Assembly (NCBI GenBank): GCA_043759115.1
Contig: JAYVME010000521.1
Coordinates: 1 to 32,338 of the forward strand
Direction: 5' to 3'
From: Betaproteobacteria bacterium
Lineage (GTDB): Bacteria > Pseudomonadota > Gammaproteobacteria > Burkholderiales > SG8-41
Length of the DNA stretch: 32,338 nucleotides
Part shown: positions 16,777-27,195 of the stretch, piece after piece
How positions within the stretch are numbered: the stretch's first letter is position 1
Layout: the number at the start of each line of letters is the position of its first letter
Program-made: the position numbers and the translations under genes
Notes under the pieces: generated by a model
Seen by the model: the letters and a program-made list of their open reading frames with translations, nothing else
The model's database searches: none
What the model was told of the DNA's origin: nothing

Positions 16777-17253
16777 CTAAGAGGGCCTTGCACCCGCGTC
16801 CGCTCTTGGCCGCAAACTTTCCCATATAAGAAGCGCCGCGCCGCACGTTATCGCCGAGTCCGCCAGATTGAACGCCGGCCAGTGGTAACCGGCAGCGTGA
16901 AAATCTAGAAAATCGATGACCGCACCGAGCCACACGCGGTCGATCACGTTGCCGATCGCGCCACCCAGAATAAGGCTTAATGCGAAGCAGAACAGCACTT
17001 CGCGCGGATGCCTGCGCAACAGAAAGACCACCCAGATGGACGCGACGACAGCGATGGAGATAAAAAATTCGCGCTGCCAGCCCGCGGCGCTGGAGAGAAA
17101 ACTGAACGCCGCGCCCTTGTTGTGGACCAGTACCAGGTTGAAAAACAGCGTGATTTCAACGCCGCTGCCGTAGGCAATCCAGCGGGTTATCGCAAATTTG
17201 GACAACTGGTCGAGAATGACCAGCACCGCCGCAATCGTCAGCCAGCGGATCAT
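16777..17253 (-). CDS. lspA: Lipoprotein signal peptidase (signal peptidase II)
   Basis: ORF trimmed to the Met at 17253, whose ATG overlaps the ileS TGA as ATGA. Blocks are [28 protein letters not shown] and FNLADSAI. Confidence 0.9.
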   Translation of the reverse strand: MIRWLTIAAVLVILDQLSKFAITRWIAYGSGVEITLFFNLVLVHNKGAAFSFLSSAAGWQREFFISIAVVASIWVVFLLRRHPREVLFCFALSLILGGAIGNVIDRVWLGAVIDFLDFHAAGYHWPAFNLADSAITCGAALLIWESLRPRADAGARPS

Positions 17254-20147
17254 GCGTAAACGCGCGGCTCGCCGGCCCCGTACAGATTGGCGATGCATCG
17301 CCCGCAGAGGTCGGCGTATGCGGGGTCGGCGCCAACGTCGCTGCGATAATGCCAGCAGCGTTCACACTTGCGCTCGGCGGTCGGGCTGACCCGGATGCCG
17401 ACACCATCGAGCGACGAGGGCAGGGCCGCGATGTTGTCCCTGCCCTCGTGCAATGTCGCGCGCGATGTAATAAACACGAAGCGCAGATCGTCGGCGAACG
17501 ACTTGAGAACCACGTGACTTTCTCCGCTCGCATACAGATCGACCTCGCCCGCCAGCGACGAGCCGATCTTGCCGCCCACGCGCAATTCCTCGAGCCGCTT
17601 TAACACGTCGCCGCGCAATCCGCGCAATTTCTGCCAGCGCGCGCGCAGTTCGGCGGCATCGGCGGGCAGCGGATGCTGATACCAGGTCTGCTCGAACACC
17701 GTGCTGTCGGCGCCATTCAACGTTTCCCATACTTCGTTCGCCGTGAACGAAAGCACCGGCGCCATCAGGCGCACCAGCGCCTGCGTCATGTGATAGAGCG
17801 CGTTCTGCGCCGAACGACGCGCGCGCGAATGGGTGCCGGCCGTGTACAGGCGGTCCTTCAGGATGTCGAGATAAAAACCACCGAGGTCCTCGGAGCAGAA
17901 GCTCTGCAGCTTCTGCGCGACGTCGTGAAATTCGTACTTGCCGTAATGACCCGCTGACGACGGCGACTTCGATCCCAATTCCGACGGTGCGAGCGCCGCC
18001 TGCAGGTCGGCCGTCATCACCCATGCGTAGCGGTCGATTTCAAGCCATTCGCCAACCGGCAGCGCGTGCGCCTTGGGATCAAAATCCGCGATATTGGCAA
18101 GCAGAAAGCGCAGCGTGTTGCGGATGCGGCGGTACGATTCGACGACGCGTTTCAGAATTTCGTCCGAGATCGACAACTCGCCCGCGTAATCAGTTTGCGC
18201 GACCCACAGGCGCAATATGTCGGCGCCGAGCGTGCCGGCGAGCTTTTGCGGCTCGACGGTATTGCCGATCGACTTGCTCATCTTGCGGCCTTCGCCATCG
18301 ACGAAAAAGCCGTGCGTCAGCAAGCTCTCATAGGGGGGAACGCCGTTCAGCATGCACGACACCAACAGTGAAGAATGAAACCAGCCGCGGTGCTGGTCGG
18401 AACCCTCGAGATAGAGATCGGCCGGGAACTGCAGCTTGGCCCCGTGCGAGCCCGCGCCGTTGGATTGACCCCCGGGTCCGCCCATCACGGTCTGGTGGGT
18501 CGAACCCGAGTCAAACCACACATCGAGCGTGTCCTTGATCTTGGCGTATTGCTCCGCCTCCGCGCCCAGCAGTTCTTTCGGATCCAGCGTCTGCCAGGCC
18601 TCGATTCCGCCGTGTTCGATTTTTTTCGCCACGGCTTCAAGCAACTCAAGCGTACGCGGATGCAGTTCGCGCGTTTCCTTATGCACGAAAAACGGCATCG
18701 GCACGCCCCATTGGCGCTGGCGCGACAGCGTCCAATCCGGACGATTGGCGATCATGCCGTGCAGGCGCGCCTGGCCCCAGGCCGGATAGAAATGCGTGTG
18801 CTCGATGCCGCGCAAGGCGGTGGCCCGTAGTGTTTCACCGGGCTTGTTGCCGTTGAAACCCGGCGGCTCATCCATGGCGACGAACCACTGCGTGCTCGCC
18901 CGATAAATGATCGGCGTCTTGTGCCGCCAGCAGTGCATGTAGCTATGGTCGTATTTCTCTGAATGGAATAGCGTGCCGACTTCCTTGATTTTGTCGACGA
19001 TTCCCGGATTCGCCTTCCAGATGTTCAAGCCGCCGAAAAACGGCAGCGATTCCAAATAACGGCCGTTCGCCGCTACCGGCGTCAGGATATCCTCGTCCTT
19101 CATGCCGTAGGCGCGGCATGAATTGAAGTCTTCCACGCCGTACGCCGGAGCACTGTGCACGATGCCGGTGCCGGTATCGAGCGTCACGTAGTTACCGAGG
19201 TAAACCGGCGCTAGCCGATCGTAGAACGGGTGCCGGAAATTGATACACTCGAGCGCCCTGCCCTTGCATTCGCCGAGAACTGTGCGTCCGGTGAGACCGA
19301 AGCGGTCAAGGCAGGCCTCGCGAAGATCGGCAGCCAGGATCAACAAGCCGCGTTCGGTCCGCACCAGGCTGTAGGCAAATTCCGGATGAACATTGAGCGC
19401 CTGATTGGCGGGAATCGTCCATGGCGTCGTGGTCCAGATCACGACCCAGCCTTTTTCGCCGGGCAGATTCTTCAGCCCGAATGCTTGGGCGATCTTGTCC
19501 GGTTCGGCGAATGGAAACCCCACGTCGATGGCAAAATCGGAGCGGTCCATATATTCAACTTCGGCTTCGGCCAGCGCCGAACCGCAGTCGAAGCACCAGT
19601 TCACCGGCTTCAAGCCCCGGTAGACATAGCCTTTTTGCAGGAGCCTGCCGAGCACGCGGATTTCGTCGGCCTCGTTCCTGTAAGCCATCGTCAGGTACGG
19701 ATCATCCCAATCGCCAAGCACGCCAAGACGCTGAAAATCTTTTTTCTGCTGCTCGATCTGCACGGCGGCATAGGCCCGGCACAAGCTTTGCGTTTTTTCG
19801 ACCGCCAGGTTCTTGCCGTGCAGTTTCTCGATCTCGCGCTCGATCGGCATGCCGTGGCAGTCCCAGCCGGGCACGTACGGCGCGTCAAACCCGGCAAGGG
19901 TTTTCGATTTGACGATGATGTCCTTGAGTATCTTGTTGATCGCGTGCCCGAGATGAATGTTGCCGTTTGCATACGGCGGTCCGTCGTGCAGCACGAATTT
20001 CGGCCGTCCCTTGGAGGCATCGCGGATGCGCTGATACACTTTTTTTTCCTGCCACTCGCGCACCCATTGCGGCTCGCGCCTCGCGAGATCGCCGCGCATC
20101 GGAAACGGCGTATCGGGTAGATTGAGTGTTTTCTTGTAATCAGCCAT
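17250..20147 (-). CDS. ileS: Isoleucine--tRNA ligase
   Basis: ORF 17250..20429 trimmed to [21 protein letters not shown] at 20147. HIGH-type motif is [11 protein letters not shown] and the KMSKS motif is RKMSKSIGN. The C-terminal Cys pairs are CERCWHY...CGRC. 965 aa. Confidence 0.97.
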   Translation of the reverse strand: MADYKKTLNLPDTPFPMRGDLARREPQWVREWQEKKVYQRIRDASKGRPKFVLHDGPPYANGNIHLGHAINKILKDIIVKSKTLAGFDAPYVPGWDCHGMPIEREIEKLHGKNLAVEKTQSLCRAYAAVQIEQQKKDFQRLGVLGDWDDPYLTMAYRNEADEIRVLGRLLQKGYVYRGLKPVNWCFDCGSALAEAEVEYMDRSDFAIDVGFPFAEPDKIAQAFGLKNLPGEKGWVVIWTTTPWTIPANQALNVHPEFAYSLVRTERGLLILAADLREACLDRFGLTGRTVLGECKGRALECINFRHPFYDRLAPVYLGNYVTLDTGTGIVHSAPAYGVEDFNSCRAYGMKDEDILTPVAANGRYLESLPFFGGLNIWKANPGIVDKIKEVGTLFHSEKYDHSYMHCWRHKTPIIYRASTQWFVAMDEPPGFNGNKPGETLRATALRGIEHTHFYPAWGQARLHGMIANRPDWTLSRQRQWGVPMPFFVHKETRELHPRTLELLEAVAKKIEHGGIEAWQTLDPKELLGAEAEQYAKIKDTLDVWFDSGSTHQTVMGGPGGQSNGAGSHGAKLQFPADLYLEGSDQHRGWFHSSLLVSCMLNGVPPYESLLTHGFFVDGEGRKMSKSIGNTVEPQKLAGTLGADILRLWVAQTDYAGELSISDEILKRVVESYRRIRNTLRFLLANIADFDPKAHALPVGEWLEIDRYAWVMTADLQAALAPSELGSKSPSSAGHYGKYEFHDVAQKLQSFCSEDLGGFYLDILKDRLYTAGTHSRARRSAQNALYHMTQALVRLMAPVLSFTANEVWETLNGADSTVFEQTWYQHPLPADAAELRARWQKLRGLRGDVLKRLEELRVGGKIGSSLAGEVDLYASGESHVVLKSFADDLRFVFITSRATLHEGRDNIAALPSSLDGVGIRVSPTAERKCERCWHYRSDVGADPAYADLCGRCIANLYGAGEPRVYA

Positions 20148-21093
20148 TTTGTGCCAGCGGGTTGCGTGCGAGTTCGGCAAAGTAGCCGCGCGTGTTCTGC
20201 ACATCGATTGCGATTGCACGCTTGAGAGTTTCCACGTCCGCGTATTTTTCCTCATCGCGAAACTTGTGCAGAAAATCGATCTGCAGGTGGGCGCCGTAGA
20301 TTTCGCGGTCAAAATCGAGCAAGTGCACTTCGAGACACGGTTGCGGAATGTTGGATACGGTCGGTCGCACGCCAAGGCTGGCGGCGCCGGGCAAGGGCTG
20401 CGCACCGAGCCCATGCACGCGCACGGCAAATATCCCGGTCAGCGCGGGTCGATTATGCTTCATCAGCACGTTGGCCGTGGGAAAACCCAGCTGGCGGCCG
20501 ATGCGCTCGCCGCTCACGACCCGGCCGCTGATGCTGTAAGGGCGCCCGAGGAGCTTGTGCGCCCGGCGCATGTCGCCGTCCGCCAGCGCCTCGCGCACTG
20601 CGGTGCTCGAGACGCGCACGCCGTGGGTCATCACGCTCGCCATCGCGTGCACTTCAAATCCGCACCAGCCCGCCGCCTGTTTCAGCATGGCAAGATCGCC
20701 GCCGCGGCGCGCGCCGAAGCGGAAATCATCGCCAACCAGTATCCAGCGCGCCGCCAGCCCGCGCTCGAGGATGCGTTCGATAAAATCCTCCGGGGTGGTT
20801 TTCGCGAAATCGAAATTGAACCGGCACACGTGCGCCCGCTCGACGCCGGCCTCAGCCAGCAATTCGAGTTTCTCGCGCAGTGAGGTGAGCCGCGTCGGCG
20901 CCTGGTCCGGCGCGAAAAATTCGCGCGGATGCGGTTCGAATGTCATCACGCAGGACGGTATGCCCAGCATGCGTGCCGCCGACGTAAGACGTGCGAGCAT
21001 CGACTGATGACCGAGATGCACGCCATCAAAATTGCCTATGGTTAAAGCAACCGGGGTTGGCGCCACCGCCGACAGGGTACGAAAAACACGCAT
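20140..21093 (-). CDS. ribF: Bifunctional riboflavin kinase / FMN adenylyltransferase
   Basis: [21 protein letters not shown], and the kinase part [10 protein letters not shown]...EVHLLDF. The 3' end overlaps the ileS start by 8 nt. Confidence 0.95.
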   Translation of the reverse strand: MRVFRTLSAVAPTPVALTIGNFDGVHLGHQSMLARLTSAARMLGIPSCVMTFEPHPREFFAPDQAPTRLTSLREKLELLAEAGVERAHVCRFNFDFAKTTPEDFIERILERGLAARWILVGDDFRFGARRGGDLAMLKQAAGWCGFEVHAMASVMTHGVRVSSTAVREALADGDMRRAHKLLGRPYSISGRVVSGERIGRQLGFPTANVLMKHNRPALTGIFAVRVHGLGAQPLPGAASLGVRPTVSNIPQPCLEVHLLDFDREIYGAHLQIDFLHKFRDEEKYADVETLKRAIAIDVQNTRGYFAELARNPLAQNG

Positions 21094-21123
21094 CGGATGC
21101 AGGAATCCAAGCTAAAAGCTTGA

Positions 21124-21153
21124 ATTCTAGCGTGTTTTGTGCAGTGCGGTCTA
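21124..21153 (-). promoter_or_regulatory. Candidate sigma70 promoter of ribF-ileS-lspA-ispH (TAGACC-18-TAGAAT)
   Basis: On the minus strand, TAGACC (21153..21148) and TAGAAT (21129..21124) are separated by an 18-nt spacer, about 30 nt upstream of the ribF ATG. Pattern match only. Confidence 0.3.
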
Positions 21154-21170
21154 GGCGAAGAGGGATGCGG

Positions 21171-21406
21171 TCAAGACTTCCTGCACCGCAACATGATCAA
21201 CAACATGTGGTTGCGCGCCGGCCGCAGCGTTTGCCGACCGGGATTTTTTCCGCCTGCTGCGCGAGCGCCAAAGTATCGGCATGCACCAGCGCGTCGTAAA
21301 AAACAATATCCGCGCGCGCCAAGAGGCGCGCGGCGCGCACCGTGACCAGATCCGGCGCACCGGGTCCGGTGCCGACCAGATACACTTTGCCGGCAGGATT
21401 CGTCAT
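21171..21406 (-). pseudogene. cobA: 3'-truncated, frameshifted remnant of uroporphyrinogen-III C-methyltransferase (cobA/cysG SUMT domain)
   Basis: MTNPAGKVYLVGTGPGAPDLVTVRAARLLARADIVFYDALVHADTLALAQQAEKIPVGKR is the canonical SUMT N-terminus. The frame breaks after ~69 codons, and a second frame continues weakly (NHMLLIMLRCRKS*). Only ~310 nt exist before the ribF start, whereas a SUMT needs more than 750 nt. Confidence 0.65.
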
Positions 21407-21410
21407 GGAC

Positions 21411-21941
21411 TCACGCGCATTCCATGCCGTCCGGAGAAACCACCGCACGGCGCCTAAAGAGTGGCCGCGGCCGCTCGACGGATGCCTGGTAGCCTTCGCT
21501 GAGATCGCCAAACGCGGCGAGCGCCGCATGCGGATCCTGGCCGGCACGCAAGTCAAATGCGTCGAACCCGCAGCGTGAAAGATAAAACAACTGGTCACGC
21601 AGCACGTCGCCAATCGCGCGCAATTCGCCGCGCCAGCCGTAGCGCTCGCGCAAGAGGCGCGCAATCGAGTAACCCCGACCGTCGGTGAACTGCGGAAAGT
21701 TGACCGCGATAATTTCGAAGTGCCGCAAGTCGCCGGCGATCGACACCGGATCCGCATGCCCGTCGAGCCAAACGCCCAACCGCCCGCCGCGCGCCAGCAA
21801 AGCATCGCGCTGCGCGAGCCATAGAGCCAGCGGCACGATGACATCCCCTGCGGGCGGAACCGCCAGGCCGCCGTCAGCCGCGGTCTTAAGCAACTGCCAG
21901 TTGTCGGCGACGACCTGCCGGTGCCTGATGACGTGTGCCAT
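21411..21941 (-). CDS. DUF934-family protein (sulfite-reductase-associated)
   Basis: ORF 21411..21989 trimmed to the Met at 21941 (AAGGA 8 nt upstream). Blocks are GVWLDGHADP, FEIIAVNFPQFTDGRGYSIARLLRERYGW.GELRAIGDVLRDQLFYLSRCGFDAF. Its position directly after cysI fits the family. It overlaps the cysI 3' end by 56 nt. Confidence 0.8.
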   Translation of the reverse strand: MAHVIRHRQVVADNWQLLKTAADGGLAVPPAGDVIVPLALWLAQRDALLARGGRLGVWLDGHADPVSIAGDLRHFEIIAVNFPQFTDGRGYSIARLLRERYGWRGELRAIGDVLRDQLFYLSRCGFDAFDLRAGQDPHAALAAFGDLSEGYQASVERPRPLFRRRAVVSPDGMECA

Positions 21942-23586
21942 AAACATGGTCCTTGAAGGGTTCGATACCGATGCGCCGCACGACATCAATGAAGCGCTCT
22001 ACTTCGCTTTCGCGCCGCTCGAGATAACGCTCGATCAGGCGCTCGATCACGTCCGGCACCTCCGCCTGCGAGACCGACGGGCCGATCACCTTGCCGAGAG
22101 CAGCGTCATTGCCCTGCGCGCCGCCGATGGAAATCTGGTAGAACTCCGCGCCCTGCTTGTCCACGCCGAGGATGCCGATGTGGCCGATATGATGATGCCC
22201 GCACGAGTTCATGCAGCCGGAAATGTTGAGGTCGAGTTCCCCGATGTCGTGCAGGTAATCGAGATCGTCGAAGCGGCGCTGGATCGCCGCGGCCACCGGT
22301 ATGGATTTGGCGTTGGCGAGCGAGCAAAAATCGCCGCCCGGGCAAGCGATGATGTTGGTCAGCAATCCGATGTTGGGCGTGGCAAGGCCGAGTGCCTTGG
22401 CTTCCCGCCACAACTCGTAAAGATCCGACTGGCGCACGTCGGCGAGTATCAGGTTTTGTTCGTGCGAAACGCGTAATTCACCGAAGCTGAAACGATCGGC
22501 GAGATCCGCCACGGCGTCCATCTGGTCGGCAGTCGCATCGCCCGGCGGCACGCCGGTTTTTTTTAGCGACAGCGTGACCGCCGCGTAGCCCGCGAACTTG
22601 TGCGGCTGCACGTTGCGGCGCGCCCAGTTATTAAACGCCTTGTCGCGGGCGATCGCCAACGCATAATCCGGCGCAGCGGCAGCGTGCTCGCGATAAGACG
22701 GGCGCGTAAAACGCTGTTCAATACGTTGCACCTCTTCGGCGGTCAGGGTTGACGGGCCGTCGCGCAAATGTGCCCACTCCGCTTCCACCTCGGCACCAAA
22801 TACCTCGGGCGTGAGTTCCTTGACGAGAATCTTGATGCGCGCCCGGTATTTGTTGTCGCGCCGGCCGTAGCGGTTGTAGACGCGCAGAATAGCCTCAAGA
22901 TAAGTCAGCAAATGCTGCCACGGCAGGAACTCGCGCATGACCGCGCCAATCAGCGGCGTGCGCCCAAGGCCGCCGCCGGCGAGCACGCGGAATCCGATAT
23001 TGCCGTCAACATCGCGCCGCGCCTGCAAACCGACGTCATGGACCTGGGTCGCCGCGCGGTCGGACTCGCTGCCGCTCACCGCAATCTTGAATTTGCGCGG
23101 CAGGTAGGCGAACTCCGGATGAAACGCCGACCATTGGCGGATGATTTCGCACCACACCAGCGGATCGACGATTTCGTCAGGCGCGGTTCCGGCGAAATGA
23201 TCGGCAGTGGTATTGCGTATGCAGTTGCCGCTGGTCTGGATCGCATGCATTTGCACCGTCGCGAGCTTGGCGAGGATATCCGGCACGTCTTCGAGCTTGG
23301 GCCAGTTGAACTGTATATTTTGCCGGGTGCTGAAATGGCCATAGCCGCGATCCCATTTGTGGGCTATGTAAGCAAGCGCCCGCAATTGACGCGACGCCAA
23401 TAGCCCGTAGGGGATGGCCACGCGCAGCATCGGTGCAAAACGTTGAATATAAAGACCGTTTTGTAGTCTCAGCGGGCGAAAATCATCTTCGGACAATTCG
23501 CCGGCGAGAAAACGCCGGGTCTGATCGCGAAACTGGGCGACTCGCTCGTCTACCAGCCGCTGATCGATTTCGTCGTATAGGTACAT
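21886..23586 (-). CDS. cysI: Sulfite reductase hemoprotein (nitrite/sulfite reductase 4Fe-4S/siroheme family)
   Basis: 566 aa. Blocks are RLQNGLYIQR, TRQNIQFNW, QTSGNCIRN and the Cys cluster CPGGDFCSLA...SGCMNSCGHHHIGHIGILG. Confidence 0.92.
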   Translation of the reverse strand: MYLYDEIDQRLVDERVAQFRDQTRRFLAGELSEDDFRPLRLQNGLYIQRFAPMLRVAIPYGLLASRQLRALAYIAHKWDRGYGHFSTRQNIQFNWPKLEDVPDILAKLATVQMHAIQTSGNCIRNTTADHFAGTAPDEIVDPLVWCEIIRQWSAFHPEFAYLPRKFKIAVSGSESDRAATQVHDVGLQARRDVDGNIGFRVLAGGGLGRTPLIGAVMREFLPWQHLLTYLEAILRVYNRYGRRDNKYRARIKILVKELTPEVFGAEVEAEWAHLRDGPSTLTAEEVQRIEQRFTRPSYREHAAAAPDYALAIARDKAFNNWARRNVQPHKFAGYAAVTLSLKKTGVPPGDATADQMDAVADLADRFSFGELRVSHEQNLILADVRQSDLYELWREAKALGLATPNIGLLTNIIACPGGDFCSLANAKSIPVAAAIQRRFDDLDYLHDIGELDLNISGCMNSCGHHHIGHIGILGVDKQGAEFYQISIGGAQGNDAALGKVIGPSVSQAEVPDVIERLIERYLERRESEVERFIDVVRRIGIEPFKDHVYGTRHQAPAGRRRQLAVA

Positions 23587-23629
23587 GAAGTTTTGCCAGT
23601 TTCCTTAATCGAGCCGCATGTTATCAAGC

Positions 23630-23667
23630 ATTCGTTATACCTAGAACGAATATTATGTTACTATAAT
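23630..23667. promoter_or_regulatory. AT-rich divergent cysI/cysB control region: inverted repeat ATTCGTT-N8-AACGAAT plus a TATAAT box
   Basis: The inverted repeat lies at 23630..23651 and a perfect TATAAT at 23662..23667, 31 nt before the cysB ATG. LysR-type regulators commonly autoregulate through dyads in such divergent regions. Function is inferred. Confidence 0.35.
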
Positions 23668-23697
23668 ATAACCAAATAGAATTAAGTGATCTCCGTC

Positions 23698-24642
23698 ATG
23701 AAGTTGCAGCAATTACGCTACCTGCTTGAAGTCGAGCGCCACGGATTAAATCTGTCGGTTGCCGCGGACAAACTGCATACCTCGCAACCGGGTATCAGCA
23801 AGCAGATCAAATTGCTGGAAGACGAGTTGGGCGTTGAAATTTTCGTGCGCAACGGCAAACGCGTGACGGCGGTCACCCCGCCGGGCAAGGCGATCATCGC
23901 AATTGCCCAGCGCATCCTGCATGAAGCCGACAACCTTAAACAGGCGGCGCGGGATTTTGCGGATGAAAACAGCGGCAAGCTGACGATAGCCACCACGCAC
24001 ACACAGGCGCGCTACGCGCTGCCGGGTGTGGTGCAGCGCTTCACGCAGCGCTATCCGAAAGTCAAACTCGGGCTGGTGCAGGGTAACCCGATGCAAATCT
24101 GTCAGTACACGCTCGGCGGACAGGCCGACTTCTGCATCGCGACCGAAGCCATCGGCACCTTCGAAGAACTTGTCATGCTGCCGTGCTACGCGTGGAATCG
24201 CTGCGTGATTGCGCCGCCCGACCACCCGCTCCTGAAGCAGAAATCGCTGACGCTCGAGGCGATCGCCCAATATCCCATCATCACTTACGATTTTGCGTTT
24301 ACCGGTCGCTCACAGATCAACCATGCGTTCGAAACGCGCGGACTCAAGCCCAACGTGGTGCTGACCGCGATTGATTCGGACGTGATCAAGACCTACGTCG
24401 CGCTCGGCCTCGGCATCGGCATTCTTGCGCACATGGCGTTCGACCCGGAACGCGACACCAATCTGCGCGCGCTCGATGCCAGTCACCTGTTTGAATCAAG
24501 CACAACGCGCATCGGCGTCCCGCGCAATGCCTACCTGCGCGGCTACGTCTACGAATTTATCGAGATGTTTGCGCCCCAACTCACGCGAAAAATCGTCGCT
24601 GCCGCGGTGCACGGCAAGACACAAATCGACTACGACATGTAG
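23698..24642 (+). CDS. cysB: LysR-type transcriptional regulator, CysB/Cbl family
   Basis: MKLQQLRYLLEVERHGLNLSVAADKLHTSQPGISKQIKLLEDELGVEIF is the CysB-type HTH. Other blocks are LTIATTHTQARY and IATEA. It is divergent from cysI. 314 aa. Confidence 0.85.
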   Translation: MKLQQLRYLLEVERHGLNLSVAADKLHTSQPGISKQIKLLEDELGVEIFVRNGKRVTAVTPPGKAIIAIAQRILHEADNLKQAARDFADENSGKLTIATTHTQARYALPGVVQRFTQRYPKVKLGLVQGNPMQICQYTLGGQADFCIATEAIGTFEELVMLPCYAWNRCVIAPPDHPLLKQKSLTLEAIAQYPIITYDFAFTGRSQINHAFETRGLKPNVVLTAIDSDVIKTYVALGLGIGILAHMAFDPERDTNLRALDASHLFESSTTRIGVPRNAYLRGYVYEFIEMFAPQLTRKIVAAAVHGKTQIDYDM

Positions 24643-24644
24643 CA

Positions 24645-24660
24645 ACGCGGATCGCCGCGT
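24645..24660. terminator. Short GC hairpin between convergent cysB and phnE stops
   Basis: ACGCGG-atcg-CCGCGT (6-bp stem) fills almost the entire 19-nt gap between the two stop codons. No T-run follows, so it is weak. Confidence 0.3.
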
Positions 24661-24661
24661 G

Positions 24662-25423
24662 TCAGCCTTCCATGCCCCGGCGCAACCCCGCGCTGGCCGC
24701 GTCGACGATTGCGACCAGCACCAGCATTGCAATGATGATGGTCATTGCCCGCGGTTGCTGAAACAAGGAGAGGCTAACGTACAGCATCTGCCCCAACCCG
24801 CCGGCGCCGACCACGCCGAGTACGGCCGCCATGCGTATGTTGATTTCCCAGCGGTACAGCGTGTAGGCGACGAATTGAGTAATCACGTTCGGCAGCGTGC
24901 CATACAAAAACGCGCCGGCTGGGGGCGCTCCCGCCAACTGCAGCGCGAGCGCGGGCTCGGGCGGCGCGTTCTCGAGCGTTTCCGCGAACAAGCGGCCGAT
25001 CACACCCGTGGTATGCAACGCGAGCGCGAGCGTGCCGGCGAACGGGCCGAGTCCGACCGCAAACACCATTAACGCCGCCCACACCAGTTCCGGAATCGAG
25101 CGCAGAAAATTGAGGACAAAGCGCGCCGCCACCCGGGCGGCCAGACCAAACCGTCCGGATGCCGGCACTGCGAGCAGCATTCCGCACACCGCTGCCAGCA
25201 GCGTGCCAATCGCCGAAATCGCGATCGTCTCAAGTGTGCCGCGCCACGCCTGCGACAGATAATCGGGCGAAAAATCGGGCGGGAAGAAGCGCACGACATA
25301 CGCCCACATCTGCGCCGCGGCTTCCGCCGAAAACACCTGCCCCACATCGAGCGCGAGATAGACGAAGCTGCCGGCAACCGCCGCCAGCATCAGGGTGATC
25401 GCCGCCCAATGCGCCGGCGTCAT
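24662..25423 (-). CDS. phnE: PhnE-type ABC transporter permease (second copy)
   Basis: ORF trimmed to the Met at 25423, with ATGA overlap to the upstream permease stop. Blocks are RSIPELVWAALMV, GPFAGTLALALHTTG and YTLYRWEINIRMAAVLGVVGAGGLG, typical of PhnE. Confidence 0.82.
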   Translation of the reverse strand: MTPAHWAAITLMLAAVAGSFVYLALDVGQVFSAEAAAQMWAYVVRFFPPDFSPDYLSQAWRGTLETIAISAIGTLLAAVCGMLLAVPASGRFGLAARVAARFVLNFLRSIPELVWAALMVFAVGLGPFAGTLALALHTTGVIGRLFAETLENAPPEPALALQLAGAPPAGAFLYGTLPNVITQFVAYTLYRWEINIRMAAVLGVVGAGGLGQMLYVSLSLFQQPRAMTIIIAMLVLVAIVDAASAGLRRGMEG

Positions 25424-26325
25424 CCGATGACCCTGCGCAAACCGGCGCTGATGCCGTCGGCGAGCACCACCAGCAGGAGAAACACCAGCAACATCGTGCT
25501 CACCTCGCCCCCGCTCAACATGCGCATCGACAGTTCCATCTGCATGCCGAGTCCGCCAGCGCCAACAAAACCCATGATGACGGACGCGCGTATCGCGCAC
25601 TCCCAGCGATATACGGTGTATGACACCAGCTCCGGCAATGCGACCGGCAACATCCCGTACATAAACGCTCCAATATGCCCGCCGCCGGATTCAAGCAACG
25701 CGATCGTGGGGCGCGTGTCGCCCGATTCAAAAATCTCCGCGTAAACCTTGCCGAGCATGCCGCCATAGGTGATGCCGATCGCGAGTACGCCGGCGGCGGG
25801 GCCGAGCCCCACAGCGCGCACGAACAGCAGCGCCCACACAATTTCCGGAACACTGCGAAAAAGCATCAGCGCAAAGCGCGCCGGTATCCGCAACAAGCGC
25901 CCCGGCCATAGCCCCGGCCCGGGGCCAATACGTGAAATAGACAAGCTGCGCGTGACGATCAATGACAGCGGCGCCGCGATAATCAGCGCAAGCGTCATGC
26001 CGGCGGTCGCGATCGCCAGTGTCTCGAACGTCGATTTAATGACCAAACGCAGAAACTCACCGGACAGCACAAGCGGAAAAAAAGTGCCGAGAAACCTGCC
26101 CATCGTCTCGCGGTTGCGCGGATCGAAAAGCACGCCGGGATCGAATTCGGTCAGTCTGAAACCGGGCCACAGCAGAAGCAGGATCAGCGTGGTCAGCGCA
26201 ATTCTCGGCAGCGCCGCAGGATCGCGCGTGGGCAAAGCCGCATCCCGCCTCAATGGTGTCTCCTTGCGCCGCAACCGAATGCCTGTTTCAAATTGATCTG
26301 GAACAGGCCTTGCCCAGGGGCGCAT
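25420..26325 (-). CDS. phnE: PhnE-type ABC transporter permease (first copy)
   Basis: Blocks RSVPEIVWALLFV, GPAAGVLAIGITYGG and YTVYRWECAIRASVIMGFVGAGGLG. The start is uncertain (26325 taken from the ORF track). Confidence 0.8.
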   Translation of the reverse strand: MRPWARPVPDQFETGIRLRRKETPLRRDAALPTRDPAALPRIALTTLILLLLWPGFRLTEFDPGVLFDPRNRETMGRFLGTFFPLVLSGEFLRLVIKSTFETLAIATAGMTLALIIAAPLSLIVTRSLSISRIGPGPGLWPGRLLRIPARFALMLFRSVPEIVWALLFVRAVGLGPAAGVLAIGITYGGMLGKVYAEIFESGDTRPTIALLESGGGHIGAFMYGMLPVALPELVSYTVYRWECAIRASVIMGFVGAGGLGMQMELSMRMLSGGEVSTMLLVFLLLVVLADGISAGLRRVIG

Positions 26326-26358
26326 GCGGGGATAATTCCTCTCATTGTGGGACCCCCG

Positions 26359-27177
26359 CTAGGAGCACAGCGGTTTGCGCCTTATTCCCGGCGCCGGCAC
26401 ATTCAGCGGCTGGTTGGTCTGCGTCGGCACGACCGCGGATTCCGACGCGTACAGTTCGCGCAGCATGTCGTCGCTTACGCGCACCGGGGGCAGGTCGAAG
26501 GCAATCTCGCCGCCGCGAATACCGATAACACGCGGGAACCAGTGCAACGCGAGATCGACGGCATGCAAACTCGCAATCAACGTCACGCCGCGCGCCAGCG
26601 CTTCACGGCTCAGCTCGCCGATTACCCGGTCCGATAGCGCAGGATCGACGGCCGACACCGGTTCATCGGTCAGCAGCAAATCCGGCTGCTGATATAACAC
26701 GCGGGCCACGCCGACGCGCTGCAATTGCCCACCCGACAAGCGATCGCACCGTTCAAATAATTTGTCGCCAATCTCCATGCGTTCGAGCATCGTGCGCGCG
26801 CCAATGATGTCGGCCGGATACGCAAGCGAAGCGAGCGCCTTCCATAGCGGCCAGGTGCCCAGCCGGCCGCCGAGTACGGCGGTCACCACGCGCTGCCGCA
26901 ACGGAATCGGCGGCGCCTGATGCACCATGCCTATCCGCGCGCGCAATCGGCGCAATGCCACGCGGTCGAGCCGCCACGGATCGACACCAAGCGCGTGCAA
27001 CGCACCGCTGGTCGGCCGCAGCGCGGTCGCGATCAGGCGCAACAGCGTGGTCTTGCCGGCACCGGACGGGCCGATGACGGCAACACGTTCGCCGGCATCA
27101 ACCCGCAGGCTGACACCGCTGATCGCGCAGAGGCCGTTGGAATGGACCAGGCTGACCTGGTCAAGCTTGACGCTCAC
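26359..27177 (-). CDS. phnC: PhnC-type ABC transporter ATP-binding protein
   Basis: GTG start. Walker A is GPSGAGKTT, the signature is LSGGQLQRV, and Walker B is LLLTDEP. Confidence 0.85.
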   Translation of the reverse strand: MSVKLDQVSLVHSNGLCAISGVSLRVDAGERVAVIGPSGAGKTTLLRLIATALRPTSGALHALGVDPWRLDRVALRRLRARIGMVHQAPPIPLRQRVVTAVLGGRLGTWPLWKALASLAYPADIIGARTMLERMEIGDKLFERCDRLSGGQLQRVGVARVLYQQPDLLLTDEPVSAVDPALSDRVIGELSREALARGVTLIASLHAVDLALHWFPRVIGIRGGEIAFDLPPVRVSDDMLRELYASESAVVPTQTNQPLNVPAPGIRRKPLCS

Positions 27178-27195
27178 GATATCCGCGCGGCGCGA

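Noticed and set aside
21116-21127. Adjacent HindIII and EcoRI sites (AAGCTTGAATTC) next to the truncated cobA remnant, which looked like a polylinker or cloning junction
   Set aside because: The match is only 12 nt, with no flanking vector-like sequence. The GAATTC overlaps a good TAGAAT -10 element at the right distance from the ribF start, so it is most simply native promoter DNA. The truncation point of cobA does not coincide with either site.
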